Below are positions 10,124 to 20,380 of a stretch of DNA of 64,000 nt, piece by piece. The notes under the pieces were generated by a model. It saw only the letters and a list, made by a program, of their open reading frames with translations. It was not told the origin of the DNA and searched no databases. Position 1 is the first letter of the stretch. Each line of letters begins with the position of its first letter. Source of the DNA: a bacterium. Its GTDB lineage: Bacteria; UBA8248. A program made the position numbers and the translations under genes. Where the stretch lies: the NCBI GenBank assembly GCA_965207065.1, contig OZ242260.1, positions 512,001 through 576,000 on the forward strand, given 5' to 3'.

Positions 10124-11041
10124 TTAAGCGCCCTTAGCTGTTTTTTCCTTCACCTGATCCCTGAAATCATACCCCGTGTCCTCCACGAACGCTTCGATCA
10201 GGCGTTTCGTGACCGGCCCCGGAACCGGCGCGCCCGGCTTGAAGCTGTCGATTTCATGCACGGGCATGGCGCATATCGCGCTCGAGGTGATGAAATACTC
10301 CTCCGCCTGCGCCAGATCGTACGTCGTGATGTCCCTTTCCTCGACGGCGACCCCCAGGCGCGCGGCCAGTTCGAACACCGCGATGCGCGTTACTCCCTGC
10401 AAGATGTTCCTCTCGTGCGGCGTCCAGAGCGCGCCGTCTTTCACCATGAAGAAATTGGCGGACGAGTTCTCGGCCACGTTCCCGTGAACGTCGAGCATTA
10501 ACGATAAAGATCCCGATGCGGCGGCATCGAGTTCCGCCAGAATCTGGTTCATCTTGCTCGTCACCTTGGCTCTCGTCTCGATGCATTCGGGCGGGTTGCG
10601 CCTCGTAGGCGTAATCGACAGGCGTACGCCGTTCAGATACCGCTCCGCGAAAGACGCGACGTTCACGGGCCGCCAGAATATGAACACCGAAGCGGGCCCC
10701 GCCGCGCCCGCCGCCATCGAGGGATCGTCGTAACCGCGGGTCACCCAATGGCCGACGCGGTACATGGCGCCCTCTTCCAAGCGGCACAGATTCGACTCCA
10801 GGGTGGCCAGCGTCGCCTGCTTCATATCCTCTTGACTGAGACCTACCTCGATGCGGACGTACTTGAGCGAGCGGTAGAGGCGGTCGATATGGTCTTCGAG
10901 CCGATAGAGCTTCCCATCAAAACAGGGGGTGACTTCGTATACCCCGTCGCCCCAGAGGAAACCGCGATCGAAGGGCGATATCCTGGCGCTATTCTCTTCT
11001 ATGATCTCTCCGTTGAGATAGACGAATCGCTCACCGGGCAT
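10124..11041 (-). CDS. Class IV PLP aminotransferase (branched-chain/D-amino acid type)
   Basis: FDRGFLWGDGVYE, HIDRL..S, E.SSANFF, ILQGVTR, TSS. Confidence 0.9.
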   Translation of the reverse strand: MPGERFVYLNGEIIEENSARISPFDRGFLWGDGVYEVTPCFDGKLYRLEDHIDRLYRSLKYVRIEVGLSQEDMKQATLATLESNLCRLEEGAMYRVGHWVTRGYDDPSMAAGAAGPASVFIFWRPVNVASFAERYLNGVRLSITPTRRNPPECIETRAKVTSKMNQILAELDAAASGSLSLMLDVHGNVAENSSANFFMVKDGALWTPHERNILQGVTRIAVFELAARLGVAVEERDITTYDLAQAEEYFITSSAICAMPVHEIDSFKPGAPVPGPVTKRLIEAFVEDTGYDFRDQVKEKTAKGA

Positions 11042-11504
11042 CGGACGCTCCTCCCATGCGCATCAACAAAGAAAGGCCGGCCCGATTCGAGGGGCACAGC
11101 CACGTGTAAAATGAAATATCATCCTACTTGCACACATCTTACAAAGAAAAGGCCGAAGGGCAAACTCGCTCCGGGAAATTCCGCCAGTCCGAGGCATGAC
11201 CGGAACAGGGTTTTACCATTCATACTTAAGGGGGTTGTTGAAAAAGCCTCCCATGGGGAAGGCTCCCGATCATCGAATTGTTTATTGTAGGGACAGGCAC
11301 AGGGGCCTGTCCCTACTACAGCAGGCGGCGGTTCTCCCGCAATCTCCCAGGCCCGAAAACCAACTCCCCCTGCCACCCTTGTCAGGGGGGTATAAAAGGC
11401 AATGCCCCCGGCGTGGGGTGAAAAGAAGTCCCCCCTGAGGGGGGTCAAACACGATTGATGAATGAGCGATCGACGCGACCGATGAAGGAGGGATCGTGGG
11501 TCGG

Positions 11505-11945
11505 CTAAGAGTCCTTCGCGGCGTGCGGCGCGGACGTGCGGCGGATGAGTTCCCTGAGCGACTCGCGCTGGCCTTCCAGCGCCGCCATGGCTTCCCGGTG
11601 TCGGCGTTCGATCCCCGCCATGGTTTCGCGGTGCTGTTCGCTTTGCGCCTCGCGCTCAGCCTTCAGCGCCGCCATGGCTTCCTGATGCCGGCTCTCGAGC
11701 GCCTTCATGGTCTCCCGGTGCTGCGCCATGTTTTCCCGGTGCTGGGCGTCGCGGTGGCGCGCGGCCTGGCGCATGATGTAGAGGCCATAGGCGATGAGAG
11801 CGCATTGCACGGCCCCGACGACGGCGGCGACCCACACGGCGGCCTGCTGCGTCGCGAGGGAGGCTTCCTGTAGGGCGATGGAGGCTTCCTGCAGGGTGAG
11901 GGAGGCTTTTTGCAGCGCGAGGCTTGCGGCTTCGTATTCCGTCAT
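11505..11945 (-). CDS. Hypothetical single-TM coiled-coil protein with HRExM repeats (copy 1)
   Basis: GGGAGA RBS, heptad N-terminus, TM segment VWVAAVVGAVQCALIAYGLYIM, five H-x3-M modules; paralog at 22505-23035. Confidence 0.8.
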   Translation of the reverse strand: MTEYEAASLALQKASLTLQEASIALQEASLATQQAAVWVAAVVGAVQCALIAYGLYIMRQAARHRDAQHRENMAQHRETMKALESRHQEAMAALKAEREAQSEQHRETMAGIERRHREAMAALEGQRESLRELIRRTSAPHAAKDS

Positions 11946-11981
11946 CCGGTTTTCTCCCACGAAAGTGGGTCCTCGGTGAAT

Positions 11982-12011
11982 ACTCTAAAGGGATGCCGCG
12001 CGTCTCGTCAA
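11982..12011 (-). promoter_or_regulatory. Sigma70-like promoter TTGACG-N18-TAGAGT for HRExM gene 1
   Basis: Both hexamers and spacing conserved at 23084-23113 upstream of the paralog. Confidence 0.6.
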
Positions 12012-12128
12012 GCCGGAGGAGTGGGTCTGAGCGAGGAGGGGTTTCTCATCGGGAAATCCCGATCATTGTATTGTTCACCGCAAGGACAGGCGGCGGTTCT
12101 CCCGCCACCTCCCAGGCTCGAAAACCAC

Positions 12129-12269
12129 CCCCCCCCCTACCCCCCTTGTCAGGGGTCAAACGCGAGTGAGGAACGAGCGTTTGCATAAGCCATTGACGAG
12201 AAACATATCGGCTCGCAAAACCTCCCTCTTCGGTCGGTTTTGACCCTGACAAGGGGGGGTAAGGGGGGT
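12129..12269. repeat. Inverted doublet of CCCCCTT-GTCA-GGGG type palindromic repeat
   Basis: CCCCTTGTCAGGGGTCAAA and TTTGACCCTGACAAGGGG inverted pair; related units near 11366-11390, 23159-23187, 25785-25814. Confidence 0.75.
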
Positions 12270-12383
12270 TGACTATATGTGGTTTCCCACTCAAGGGGTT
12301 GCCTTTACCCACGCAAAGTCTTTTTCAACAGCCCCGTATGGATCGGGTTCAGAGTGAAAATTTCCAAAAGAGGAAGGACCCGC

Positions 12384-13976
12384 TCAATCCTTGCTGCCCC
12401 AGCCGCCGCCGCCGGGCGTTTCGAGGCGTATCCTGTCCCCGCGTTTCGCCGAGAGACGGGCCTTGCCGGAGAATTGCCTCTCCTCACCCCCGCTTGTGAG
12501 CGAATTCCTGCCCTTCGTGCCCGGCTCCCCGCCGTTCAGGGGCCAGGGCGGCTTGTCGCGCCTCTCCGTCATAAAGGAAACGGTGGCGTCGCCCAGGAGT
12601 TCAATCTCCCGGATGATACCGTCCCCGCCGCGATGCTTTCCGCCGCCGCCGCTGCCCCGCCGTACGGTGTAGCGGCTCACCCGAAACGGATAGGCGTGTT
12701 CGAGCGCTTCAATCGGGGTGTTCAAGGTGTTGGTGAGATGGGTGTGGATGGCGTCTTCCCCGTCGCCCCAGGGGCCTCCGCCCATGCCGCCGCCCGTTGT
12801 CTCGTAGTAGGCGTATGGGCGGCCCTGCCGGGGGCCTGCGCGGTGGTCCATGCCCCCGACGGTGAGGTTGTTCATCGTGCCGCAGGAGGCAGCGGGTATC
12901 TTGCCGGGACAGGCCCTGGCAAGCGCGCCGAGAATGACGTCCACCATTCGCTGGCTCGTCTCCACGTTCCCGCCCGCGACGGCGGCGGGAAACTCCGCGT
13001 TCACCACCGTGCCCGAGGGCGCGATGACCTCGATGGGGTCCATGCACCCTGAATTGTTCGGAATGTCGTAGGGAACCAGACAGCGCAGGGCGTAGTAGGC
13101 CGCCGTGCGGGCGATGGACTCCACGGCGTTCACGCTGCCTTGCGTCTGCGGAGCGGAGCCGGTGTAGTCCACGCGCATCTTCGAGCCGCGTACCGTGATC
13201 TCCACCCGTATCGGCACAGGTCCGCTGCCGAAGCCGTCGTCATCCATGAAATCCTCAAAGCCATACCGCCCATCGGGTATGTCGCGAATCACCGCCTTGG
13301 TCAGGCGCTCGGAATATCTTTGCAGCTCCACCGTGTAGCGCAGCGTCTCGGCCAGGCCGTGGCGCTCGATGATCTCGAGGATTCTTCGCTCTCCCACGCG
13401 GTTCGCCGCGATTTGCGCTGCGATGTCTCCCCTGCGCTCCTCAGCGGTGCGCACGTTCGCGAGAATGAGGGAGAAAACGTCCTCCTGCATCTCCCCCGCG
13501 CGCACGAGCTTCACCGGCGGAATGACAACGCCGTCCTGGAATATCTCGGTCGTGATGCTCATCGAGCCGGGCGCGATGCCGCCCACGTCGGCATGGTGCG
13601 CCCGATTGGCCACGTAATAGATGAGATTTTTCCTGCCCCTCACCTCCCCGTATACGGGCGAGATCATCGTGATGTCCGGCAGGTGGTTTCCCCCGCGGAA
13701 AGGGTCGTTCAGCACGACCACGTCGCCGGGGTCGAGCACCATCCGCTCGATGACGTATTCCACCGACATCGGCATGGAGCCCAGATGGGCGGGCAGATGC
13801 GCCGCCTGCGCCGCCATCCGGCCTTTCGTATCGAAGATGGCGCACGAATAATCCTTCCGCTCCTTGATGTTGGGAGAAAACGAGGAGCGGCACAGCGCCA
13901 CGCCCATCTCTTCGGAGGCTGCAAACAAGAGATTGCGGAAAACTTCCAGGAGTATCGGATCATACCTGTTCGCCAT
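12384..13976 (-). CDS. Hydantoinase B/oxoprolinase family protein
   Basis: SFSPNIKER.DYSCA, PAHLG, NDPFRGGNHLPD, HHADVGG, TPGGGGWG. Confidence 0.93.
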   Translation of the reverse strand: MANRYDPILLEVFRNLLFAASEEMGVALCRSSFSPNIKERKDYSCAIFDTKGRMAAQAAHLPAHLGSMPMSVEYVIERMVLDPGDVVVLNDPFRGGNHLPDITMISPVYGEVRGRKNLIYYVANRAHHADVGGIAPGSMSITTEIFQDGVVIPPVKLVRAGEMQEDVFSLILANVRTAEERRGDIAAQIAANRVGERRILEIIERHGLAETLRYTVELQRYSERLTKAVIRDIPDGRYGFEDFMDDDGFGSGPVPIRVEITVRGSKMRVDYTGSAPQTQGSVNAVESIARTAAYYALRCLVPYDIPNNSGCMDPIEVIAPSGTVVNAEFPAAVAGGNVETSQRMVDVILGALARACPGKIPAASCGTMNNLTVGGMDHRAGPRQGRPYAYYETTGGGMGGGPWGDGEDAIHTHLTNTLNTPIEALEHAYPFRVSRYTVRRGSGGGGKHRGGDGIIREIELLGDATVSFMTERRDKPPWPLNGGEPGTKGRNSLTSGGEERQFSGKARLSAKRGDRIRLETPGGGGWGSKD

Positions 13977-13985
13977 CGCGCCCTC

Positions 13986-16001
13986 TCAGCCTGCGTTCTT
14001 CAAAACGAGATTGCCCCAATCGTCCACCCGGCATTCCCAGCCCGGGGGGACGACCGTCGTGGCGCTGAACTCGCACACCAGCGCCGGGCCCTTAAAACGA
14101 TTCCCGCGAGAGAATTTGTCCCGCGCATAGGCGGAACCCTCGACCTGCTTTCCTTCAAAAACCATCATCCGGCTCCCCATGCGTGCCTGGGAAACATTTT
14201 TTCGGGCTTTCGGAAGCCGCCTGGCGGGCGGACGCTCCACCACGCCTACGCCCCGGACTCTCAACGTCACGATCTCGACAGGGCTCTCGGGACTGGAGGT
14301 GCCGAAGCGCTCATCGTGCAACGTATCGAACGCGGTCCGGAGGCTCTTGCGGAGGTCCACGCCCGTCTCGGGCCGGTAGGGGAGCGTCAGTTCATACGAC
14401 TGCCCGAGATAGCGCATATCGATGAAAAACGTGAAGGCGGGCCTGGCGAATCCTTCGAACTTCAGATCCGCCCGCCCCTTCTGCAGCAAGGGAGAAAAAT
14501 GGCCTGCGAGAGATTTCTTGCTCAACCCCTCGAGCGGCAGCAACACCGTCCGGGCGTAGTCCTTCACCACGTCGGCCGTCAGCATGCCCCGTGCGGAGAG
14601 AATCCCCGGATCATTCGGAACGACGACGTGCGGAATCCTTAAAATCTCCGCCAGGGAACAGGCGTGCATCGCCCCGGCGCCGCCGAAGGAGATGAGGGCG
14701 AATGTGCGCGGGTCGTGGCCCCGCTCCACGCTGATCAGGCGAATCGCGCGCGCCATGTGCTGGTTGGCGACGCGGACCACGCCCTCGGCCGCCTGCCGAT
14801 CGTCAAGGCGCAAGGACTTCGCCAGACGCGCGATACCGACTCTCACCGGCTCCATGTCGAGCGCCATCCTGCCGCCCAGGAATTGTTCGGGATCGAGACG
14901 GCCGAGAAACAGGTTGGCGTCCGTGACGGTGACCTGATCGCCCTTGCCGTAGCATATCGGACCCGGATCGGCGCCCGCGCTCTCAGGCCCGACGGCGAGG
15001 GCGCCGCCCGGATCAACCCGGGCGATGGATCCGCCGCCTGCGCCCACCGTGTGAATGTCGATGAGGGGGACCCGGATCGGGCAACCGGCCACTTCCGTTT
15101 CCGCCGTGAAACCGATGCCGCCGTACAGCAGGGAGACGTCCGTACTCGTTCCGCCCATATCGAAGGCGATCGCATTCTCGAACCCCGCTCTACTCGCCAC
15201 CTCATGAGCGCCCACAACGCCGCCGGCGGGGCCGGACAGGATGGTCCGGATGGCCTCCTCGCCCGCCATCGTGCTCGATATGACGCCGCCGTTGCTCTGC
15301 ATGACGCGCAAGCGGCCGGAGCCCAGGCGCGATTCCAGATCCTTCAGGTACCTGTTCATCATGGGAGATACATAGGCGTTCACACACGTGGTGCTCATGC
15401 GCTCGTATTCCCGGAACTCAGGCAACACCTGGCTGGACATCGATACGTGAATGCCGCTCCGGCGAACCGCGTCGGCCACTTTCTCTTCATGGGCAGGATT
15501 CGCATAGGAGTGCAGCAGGCAGATGGCGACGGACTCGACGCTCGCTTCGCGGAGTTTTCGGCTCAGCGCCTTCAAGTCCGACGCCTTGACCCGCAGGAGT
15601 TCGCCGCCCTTTTCATCGAGGCGCTCCGCCACGCCCATTCTGAGATCTCTGGGCACCAGGGCGGGAGGTCTGCGGTACGCGAGATTGTAGAGTTCTTTCC
15701 GGTTCTGGCGGCCAATCTCCACCAGGTCCTCGAAGCCGGCCGTCGTCACGAGGGCTGTTTTCGCGCCCCGGCGGGTGAGCAGAGCGTTCGTCGCCACGGT
15801 GGAGCCGTGTGTGATGTCCAGGGCGACGCCGCGGCCATCCAGGATTTCATCCAATCCCTGAAGGATGGCGCGCTCGGGCGCATCCGGCGTGGAGGGCACC
15901 TTGTGGACACGCACCCGGGAGCCGTCGAACGAGATGAAATCCGTAAAGGTTCCGCCCGTGTCGACGCCGATCCGAAGCGTCTTCATCTTGCGAGCGGGCA
16001 T
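13986..16001 (-). CDS. Hydantoinase A/oxoprolinase family protein
   Basis: GVDTGGTFTD, HGSTVATNA, SGPAGG, DMGGTSTD, GAGGGS, SAGADPGP. Confidence 0.93.
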   Translation of the reverse strand: MPARKMKTLRIGVDTGGTFTDFISFDGSRVRVHKVPSTPDAPERAILQGLDEILDGRGVALDITHGSTVATNALLTRRGAKTALVTTAGFEDLVEIGRQNRKELYNLAYRRPPALVPRDLRMGVAERLDEKGGELLRVKASDLKALSRKLREASVESVAICLLHSYANPAHEEKVADAVRRSGIHVSMSSQVLPEFREYERMSTTCVNAYVSPMMNRYLKDLESRLGSGRLRVMQSNGGVISSTMAGEEAIRTILSGPAGGVVGAHEVASRAGFENAIAFDMGGTSTDVSLLYGGIGFTAETEVAGCPIRVPLIDIHTVGAGGGSIARVDPGGALAVGPESAGADPGPICYGKGDQVTVTDANLFLGRLDPEQFLGGRMALDMEPVRVGIARLAKSLRLDDRQAAEGVVRVANQHMARAIRLISVERGHDPRTFALISFGGAGAMHACSLAEILRIPHVVVPNDPGILSARGMLTADVVKDYARTVLLPLEGLSKKSLAGHFSPLLQKGRADLKFEGFARPAFTFFIDMRYLGQSYELTLPYRPETGVDLRKSLRTAFDTLHDERFGTSSPESPVEIVTLRVRGVGVVERPPARRLPKARKNVSQARMGSRMMVFEGKQVEGSAYARDKFSRGNRFKGPALVCEFSATTVVPPGWECRVDDWGNLVLKNAG

Positions 16002-17011
16002 CAGCGCCTCCTGTTCGGCCAGGCTTCGGGGTTCAGCAAATCAGGAGGGCGCCTGCCGAGCAGGTAGGCCTTCACGTTCCTCTCCACGCGATCTGAAACC
16101 GCGTCCCGGCCCAGATCGGTGTTCGTTCCCAGGTGCGGCATCATGACGACGTTCTTCATCCGCAGGAGCCTCGGGTGCGGGTCGGGCTCATGCTCGAACA
16201 CATCCAGCCCCGCTCCGCCGAGGCGGCCCGAGCGGAGCGCTTCGACCAGGGCTTTTTCATCCAGAATGGGGCCCCGGGCGGTGTTGATGATCACGGCTCC
16301 CTCTTTCATCCGGGCGAACTCCGCCGCTCCGATGAGATGGCGCGTCTCGTCGTTCAGGGCCAGGTGCACGCTCAGGAAATCGGATTCGCGCAGGAGCCTG
16401 CCGAAAGCGCGGTAGGAAACGCCCGTCTCCTTCTCCATATCGGGAGATTTCCTGTTCCGGCTCCAGTAGCGGACCTTCATGCCGAACGCATTCGCCATGT
16501 GCGCCACGGCGCAGCCGATGCGCCCCAGACCGATGACCCCGAGCACCCGGCCGTTCAGCCCCCGGCCCTCGAGCAAGGTGGGCGTCCAGCCCTTCCATCG
16601 CCCCGTTCTGATATATGTGTCCGCCTCCGCCACCCGCCTGCTCACCGCGAGCAGGAGCGCCATGGCGCACTCCGCCGTGGGCTCCGTGACGACGCCGGGC
16701 GTGTTGGTGGCCAGGATTCCCCGCCTCGTGATCTCGCCCAGGTCGAGGTTGTTGAAGCCAACCCCGCAGTTGGCGATCAATTTGAGGCGCGGCGCGGCGT
16801 CCAGGAAACCGGCGTCTATCTCGTCTCCCACCATCGCGATGAGAACGTCCGCACGGCGCACGGCGCGCCTGTAGCCGGCGGGACTCGGCTTCACGTCTCT
16901 TGCGTGCATGACGAACTCGGAGATTCGTTTCAGCTCTTCGAAATGACGGACAGGAAATTTCCGGGAGAGAAACACGCGCGGAAGTTCTGCAGGGGACGCC
17001 TTCTCGTTCAT
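16001..17011 (-). CDS. D-2-hydroxyacid dehydrogenase (glyoxylate/hydroxypyruvate reductase type)
   Basis: GVIGLGRIG, INTARG, GLDVFEHEP, PHLG; start re-set. Confidence 0.9.
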   Translation of the reverse strand: MNEKASPAELPRVFLSRKFPVRHFEELKRISEFVMHARDVKPSPAGYRRAVRRADVLIAMVGDEIDAGFLDAAPRLKLIANCGVGFNNLDLGEITRRGILATNTPGVVTEPTAECAMALLLAVSRRVAEADTYIRTGRWKGWTPTLLEGRGLNGRVLGVIGLGRIGCAVAHMANAFGMKVRYWSRNRKSPDMEKETGVSYRAFGRLLRESDFLSVHLALNDETRHLIGAAEFARMKEGAVIINTARGPILDEKALVEALRSGRLGGAGLDVFEHEPDPHPRLLRMKNVVMMPHLGTNTDLGRDAVSDRVERNVKAYLLGRRPPDLLNPEAWPNRRR

Positions 17012-17013
17012 TT

Positions 17014-18177
17014 TCACAACCGCTTCACGGCATCCGCGATCCGGTCCACGGCCCGCTCCAGATTCTCCACGCTGTTGGCGAAGCACATTCTCAGGTGATT
17101 GTCCGCATGAACGCCGAAGGCCGAGCCGGGCAAGGTCGCCACGCCCGCATCGTCGAGAAGATAATCGGCGAAATCATCCGCGCTCATGGGAATCCGGCTC
17201 ACGTTGGGGAACGCGTAGAAAGCGCCGTCGGGGTACTGGCAGGATATGCCTTCCACCTCGTTGAGACCCCCGATGAAGATATCGCGCCTGCGCCTGAAAT
17301 CATCCATCATGGCGCGGCTCTCGGACTGATCCTCCAGAAGCCCCTTCGCGCCAGCCAGTTGAATGAAGGGGGGCACGCAGCTCACCGAGTTGGTGATGAG
17401 CTGGGCAAGCGGATCGGCAAGCGTCTCAGGCGCGGCGATGAAACCCAGACGCCAGCCGGTCATGGCGTAAGTTTTCGAGAACGTCTCTAGCATGATGGTG
17501 CGCTCGCGCATCCCGGGCAGTGTGCCAAGAGAGACGTGTTCTCCCTCGAAAAGCATGTGGGCGTACACCTCGTCGGACAGGACGATGATGTCGTTCTCCA
17601 CGGCGATTTCCGCTATCGCTTCGAGTTCGGTCCTCGTCAGCGTCCCGCCGGTGGGATTGTGCGGGTAGTTCAGGATGAGGAGGCGGGTCTTGTCGGTGAC
17701 GCGCGCGCGCAGATCGTCCGGCGTGAAGCGGAAATTGTTCTCCTCCAGTATCGGCAGCGGCACGGGCGTAGCGCCCGCGTAGAGCGCCACGGACTCATAG
17801 ACCGGAAAACCCGGGTCCGGGTAGATCACCTCATCGCCCGGCCCCGCCGTGGCCATGATGGTGTAGTACAGAAACGGCTTTCCTCCCGGGCCGACCACGA
17901 TCTCGTTCGGCGAATACTCCCCGCGCCCATCGCGCCTGAGCCACTCACACGCCGCTTCGCGAAGCTCCAGCACGCCGGCGGAGGGGCAATAGTGCGTCTT
18001 GCCCGCCTTCAACTGCGCATACGCCTCATCGACGATGCTCGAGGGCGTGTCGAAATCGGTATCGCCAATTTCGAGGTGGATGATGTCCCGGCCCTGGCGC
18101 TCCATTTCACTCGCCTTGGCGAGAACCACGAACGCGCTTTCCGTTTTGAGCAGATTCATCCGATCAGCCAGACGCAT
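17014..18177 (-). CDS. Class I/II PLP aminotransferase (aspartate aminotransferase-like)
   Basis: NYPHNPTG, SDEVY, FSKTYAMTGWRLG. Confidence 0.93.
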   Translation of the reverse strand: MRLADRMNLLKTESAFVVLAKASEMERQGRDIIHLEIGDTDFDTPSSIVDEAYAQLKAGKTHYCPSAGVLELREAACEWLRRDGRGEYSPNEIVVGPGGKPFLYYTIMATAGPGDEVIYPDPGFPVYESVALYAGATPVPLPILEENNFRFTPDDLRARVTDKTRLLILNYPHNPTGGTLTRTELEAIAEIAVENDIIVLSDEVYAHMLFEGEHVSLGTLPGMRERTIMLETFSKTYAMTGWRLGFIAAPETLADPLAQLITNSVSCVPPFIQLAGAKGLLEDQSESRAMMDDFRRRRDIFIGGLNEVEGISCQYPDGAFYAFPNVSRIPMSADDFADYLLDDAGVATLPGSAFGVHADNHLRMCFANSVENLERAVDRIADAVKRL

Positions 18178-18192
18178 ATTTATCCCCGTTTC

Positions 18193-18798
18193 TCATATCG
18201 CCGAGTGAAGAGGCGCGTCCGTCACGACGCCGCACCTCATGAGCACATTCAACACTTCCGCAACGGGCAGCCCCACCACGTTGGTGTAGCTTCCCTCCAC
18301 CCTGTCCACGAGGCTTCCGCCCAACCCCTGTATGGCGTACGCGCCCGCCTTGTCCATCGGTTCGCCGCTTTCGACGTAACGCGCGATGGCTTCCCCGTCA
18401 ATCAGCCGGAAGGACACCTTCGTGGCGACCGCCTCCTCCTGGCGGGAGTCCGCCCCCAGAAGGGTGAAAGCGGTGATCACCTCATGCGTTCGACCCGAAA
18501 GCAGCCCCAGCATGCGCGAGGCGTCGTCCGCACTTGACGGCTTCCCCAGGATTTCCCCATCCAGGACGACCACCGTATCGGCTCCGAGCACGTATGCGCC
18601 CGGGTTCATCTTCGCCACGAAACCCGCCTTCGCCAGGGCGCGGCGCATGGCCTCGGCGCAGGCTTCCAGCCCCGGCGCGGCCTCCTCCTCCACGTCCGGG
18701 GGCGCCTGGACGACGTCAAAAACAAGTCCAATTTCTTCCAGAAGCCGTTTTCTGCGCGGAGAGCCCGAAGCCAGAATGAAATGCTGAGTCTGTCGCAA
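18193..18798 (-). CDS. maf: Maf-family nucleotide pyrophosphatase
   Basis: ILASGSPRR, GADTVV, GKP, DKAGAY.IQG, NVVGLP; start uncertain (TTG 18798 chosen to avoid overlapping ispB). Confidence 0.88.
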   Translation of the reverse strand: MRQTQHFILASGSPRRKRLLEEIGLVFDVVQAPPDVEEEAAPGLEACAEAMRRALAKAGFVAKMNPGAYVLGADTVVVLDGEILGKPSSADDASRMLGLLSGRTHEVITAFTLLGADSRQEEAVATKVSFRLIDGEAIARYVESGEPMDKAGAYAIQGLGGSLVDRVEGSYTNVVGLPVAEVLNVLMRCGVVTDAPLHSAI

Positions 18799-18817
18799 GA
18801 ACCGAACCTGCGGAAGG

Positions 18818-19795
18818 CTAATTGTCTCGATCGACAATGTAGTCGGCGACGTCGCGCAACACGTCGACATGGTCGGAATCCGGCAGAATGGAGAGAGCCG
18901 CCTTACCCGCCTCCACGTATCCCCGCGCCCTGTCGAGGGTGTAGTCCACCGCGCCGTATTTGTTCATCAATTCGAGAACGTCATCCAGATCCTGCGCGCG
19001 GATCTCATCCGCGTGAACCACCAGATGATTCAACCTCTCGAACTCGGCATCCGTGGCCCGGGCGCAAACCCGGAGCAGAGGCAGCGTCACGTTCCCCTCG
19101 CGCAGGTCCTCGCCCACGGATTTTCCCGTTCTCTCGGCATCACCCATGTAATCGAGGGCGTCATCGACCAGTTGAAAGGCGTATCCGATCTGGACGCCGA
19201 ACTGATGCAGCGCGTTCGTAAACGTGGGTGGGCTGTCGGGGATCAGGGCGCCGACGCGGCAACTCGCGGCGATGAGAGCCGCCGTCTTGCGGTAGATGAC
19301 GTCGAGATATTCCTCTTCGGTGAGCTTCAAGTTGTACATGTTCACCAGCTGGAGCACTTCCCCCTCGGAGAGCAGGGTGCAGGCCTCGCTCATCGTCTTG
19401 ATGATTCGCAAATCGGCGTCCGCGGCCATGAGCGAGAAACTCTTGGCGAACAGGAAATCGCCCACCAGGACGCTCGTCTCATTGTTCCATTTCGCATTGG
19501 CGGACGGGTTGCCGCGCCTCATCTGCGCGTCATCCACCACGTCGTCGTGCAGAAGCGTGGCCGTGTGGATGTACTCCACCACGCAACCCATCGTCGTGGC
19601 GCGAGGGCCCTCGTAGCCGCACGCCTTGGCGACGAGCACCAGGAGAATCGGCCGAATCCTCTTGCCGCCGGAACCGATGAGATAATCACTCACATCGGGT
19701 ATCAAGACGACGTCCGAATGAAAATTCGCGTGTATCGCTTCCTCTACTTCCTTCATCTCGGAAGCGATTGAATCCGCAATCTCAGAAAATTTCAT
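18818..19795 (-). CDS. ispB: Polyprenyl diphosphate synthase (octaprenyl type)
   Basis: GGKRIRP, HTATLLHDDVVD, FQLVDDALD; GGAGG RBS. Confidence 0.9.
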   Translation of the reverse strand: MKFSEIADSIASEMKEVEEAIHANFHSDVVLIPDVSDYLIGSGGKRIRPILLVLVAKACGYEGPRATTMGCVVEYIHTATLLHDDVVDDAQMRRGNPSANAKWNNETSVLVGDFLFAKSFSLMAADADLRIIKTMSEACTLLSEGEVLQLVNMYNLKLTEEEYLDVIYRKTAALIAASCRVGALIPDSPPTFTNALHQFGVQIGYAFQLVDDALDYMGDAERTGKSVGEDLREGNVTLPLLRVCARATDAEFERLNHLVVHADEIRAQDLDDVLELMNKYGAVDYTLDRARGYVEAGKAALSILPDSDHVDVLRDVADYIVDRDN

Positions 19796-20002
19796 CCCAC
19801 CTCCGACCTGCGATACCATCTCCTGAAACGGGGATTTCCGTCTCCCGACCATTTTCCCCGACAACAGGACTCAAGAGCAACTCAATCTATTGAGGAGGCC
19901 CATGGGTGTCAAGGCGATGAAACGCCCCTTTTCCTCAAGACGAAGCTCGGCTATGTTGCCAGAAACCAGGCGAATGTCCAACCATGGGGGGAGTTCAGGG
20001 TT

Positions 20003-20380
20003 TTGAGCAGAAAAATTCAAATCACCGTCGGCAACCTAAGCATGGAGGCGGAACTGAAAGAGTCTGAATCCGCAAACGCCCTTTGGGAGGCTTTGCCGAT
20101 TCGGGGCGCGGCGAACGTATGGGGCGAGGAGATCTATTTTCAGGTCCCGGTCGATGCGCCTTTGGAGGATTCCGCGCGCGAGGAGATGGAAGTAGGAGAG
20201 ATCGCCTACTGGCCTCCCGGCAGCGCATTCTGCATCTTTTTCGGCCGAACGCCTGCGAGCGTGGACGAAGCGCCCCGCGCGGCCAGCCCCGTGAATCCAC
20301 TGGGCAAAGTGGCGGGGGACCCGAAAGATTTCCTGAACGTCCGCTCGGGAGAGGAGGTTCTACTGGAGAGAGCGCCGTGA
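20003..20380 (+). CDS. Cyclophilin-like fold protein (DUF369/UPF0288-like)
   Basis: WGEEIYF, GEIAYWPPG.AFCIFFG.TP, PRAASPVN. Confidence 0.8.
   Translation: MSRKIQITVGNLSMEAELKESESANALWEALPIRGAANVWGEEIYFQVPVDAPLEDSAREEMEVGEIAYWPPGSAFCIFFGRTPASVDEAPRAASPVNPLGKVAGDPKDFLNVRSGEEVLLERAP

Larger units (their letters stand above)
11231..12335. mobile_element. Putative non-autonomous element with 18-bp imperfect TIRs carrying one gene and REP hairpins
   Basis: Left end GGGGTTGTTGAAAAAGCC; right end reverse complement GGGGCTGTTGAAAAAGAC (16/18 match); no transposase, no evident target-site duplication. Confidence 0.5.
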
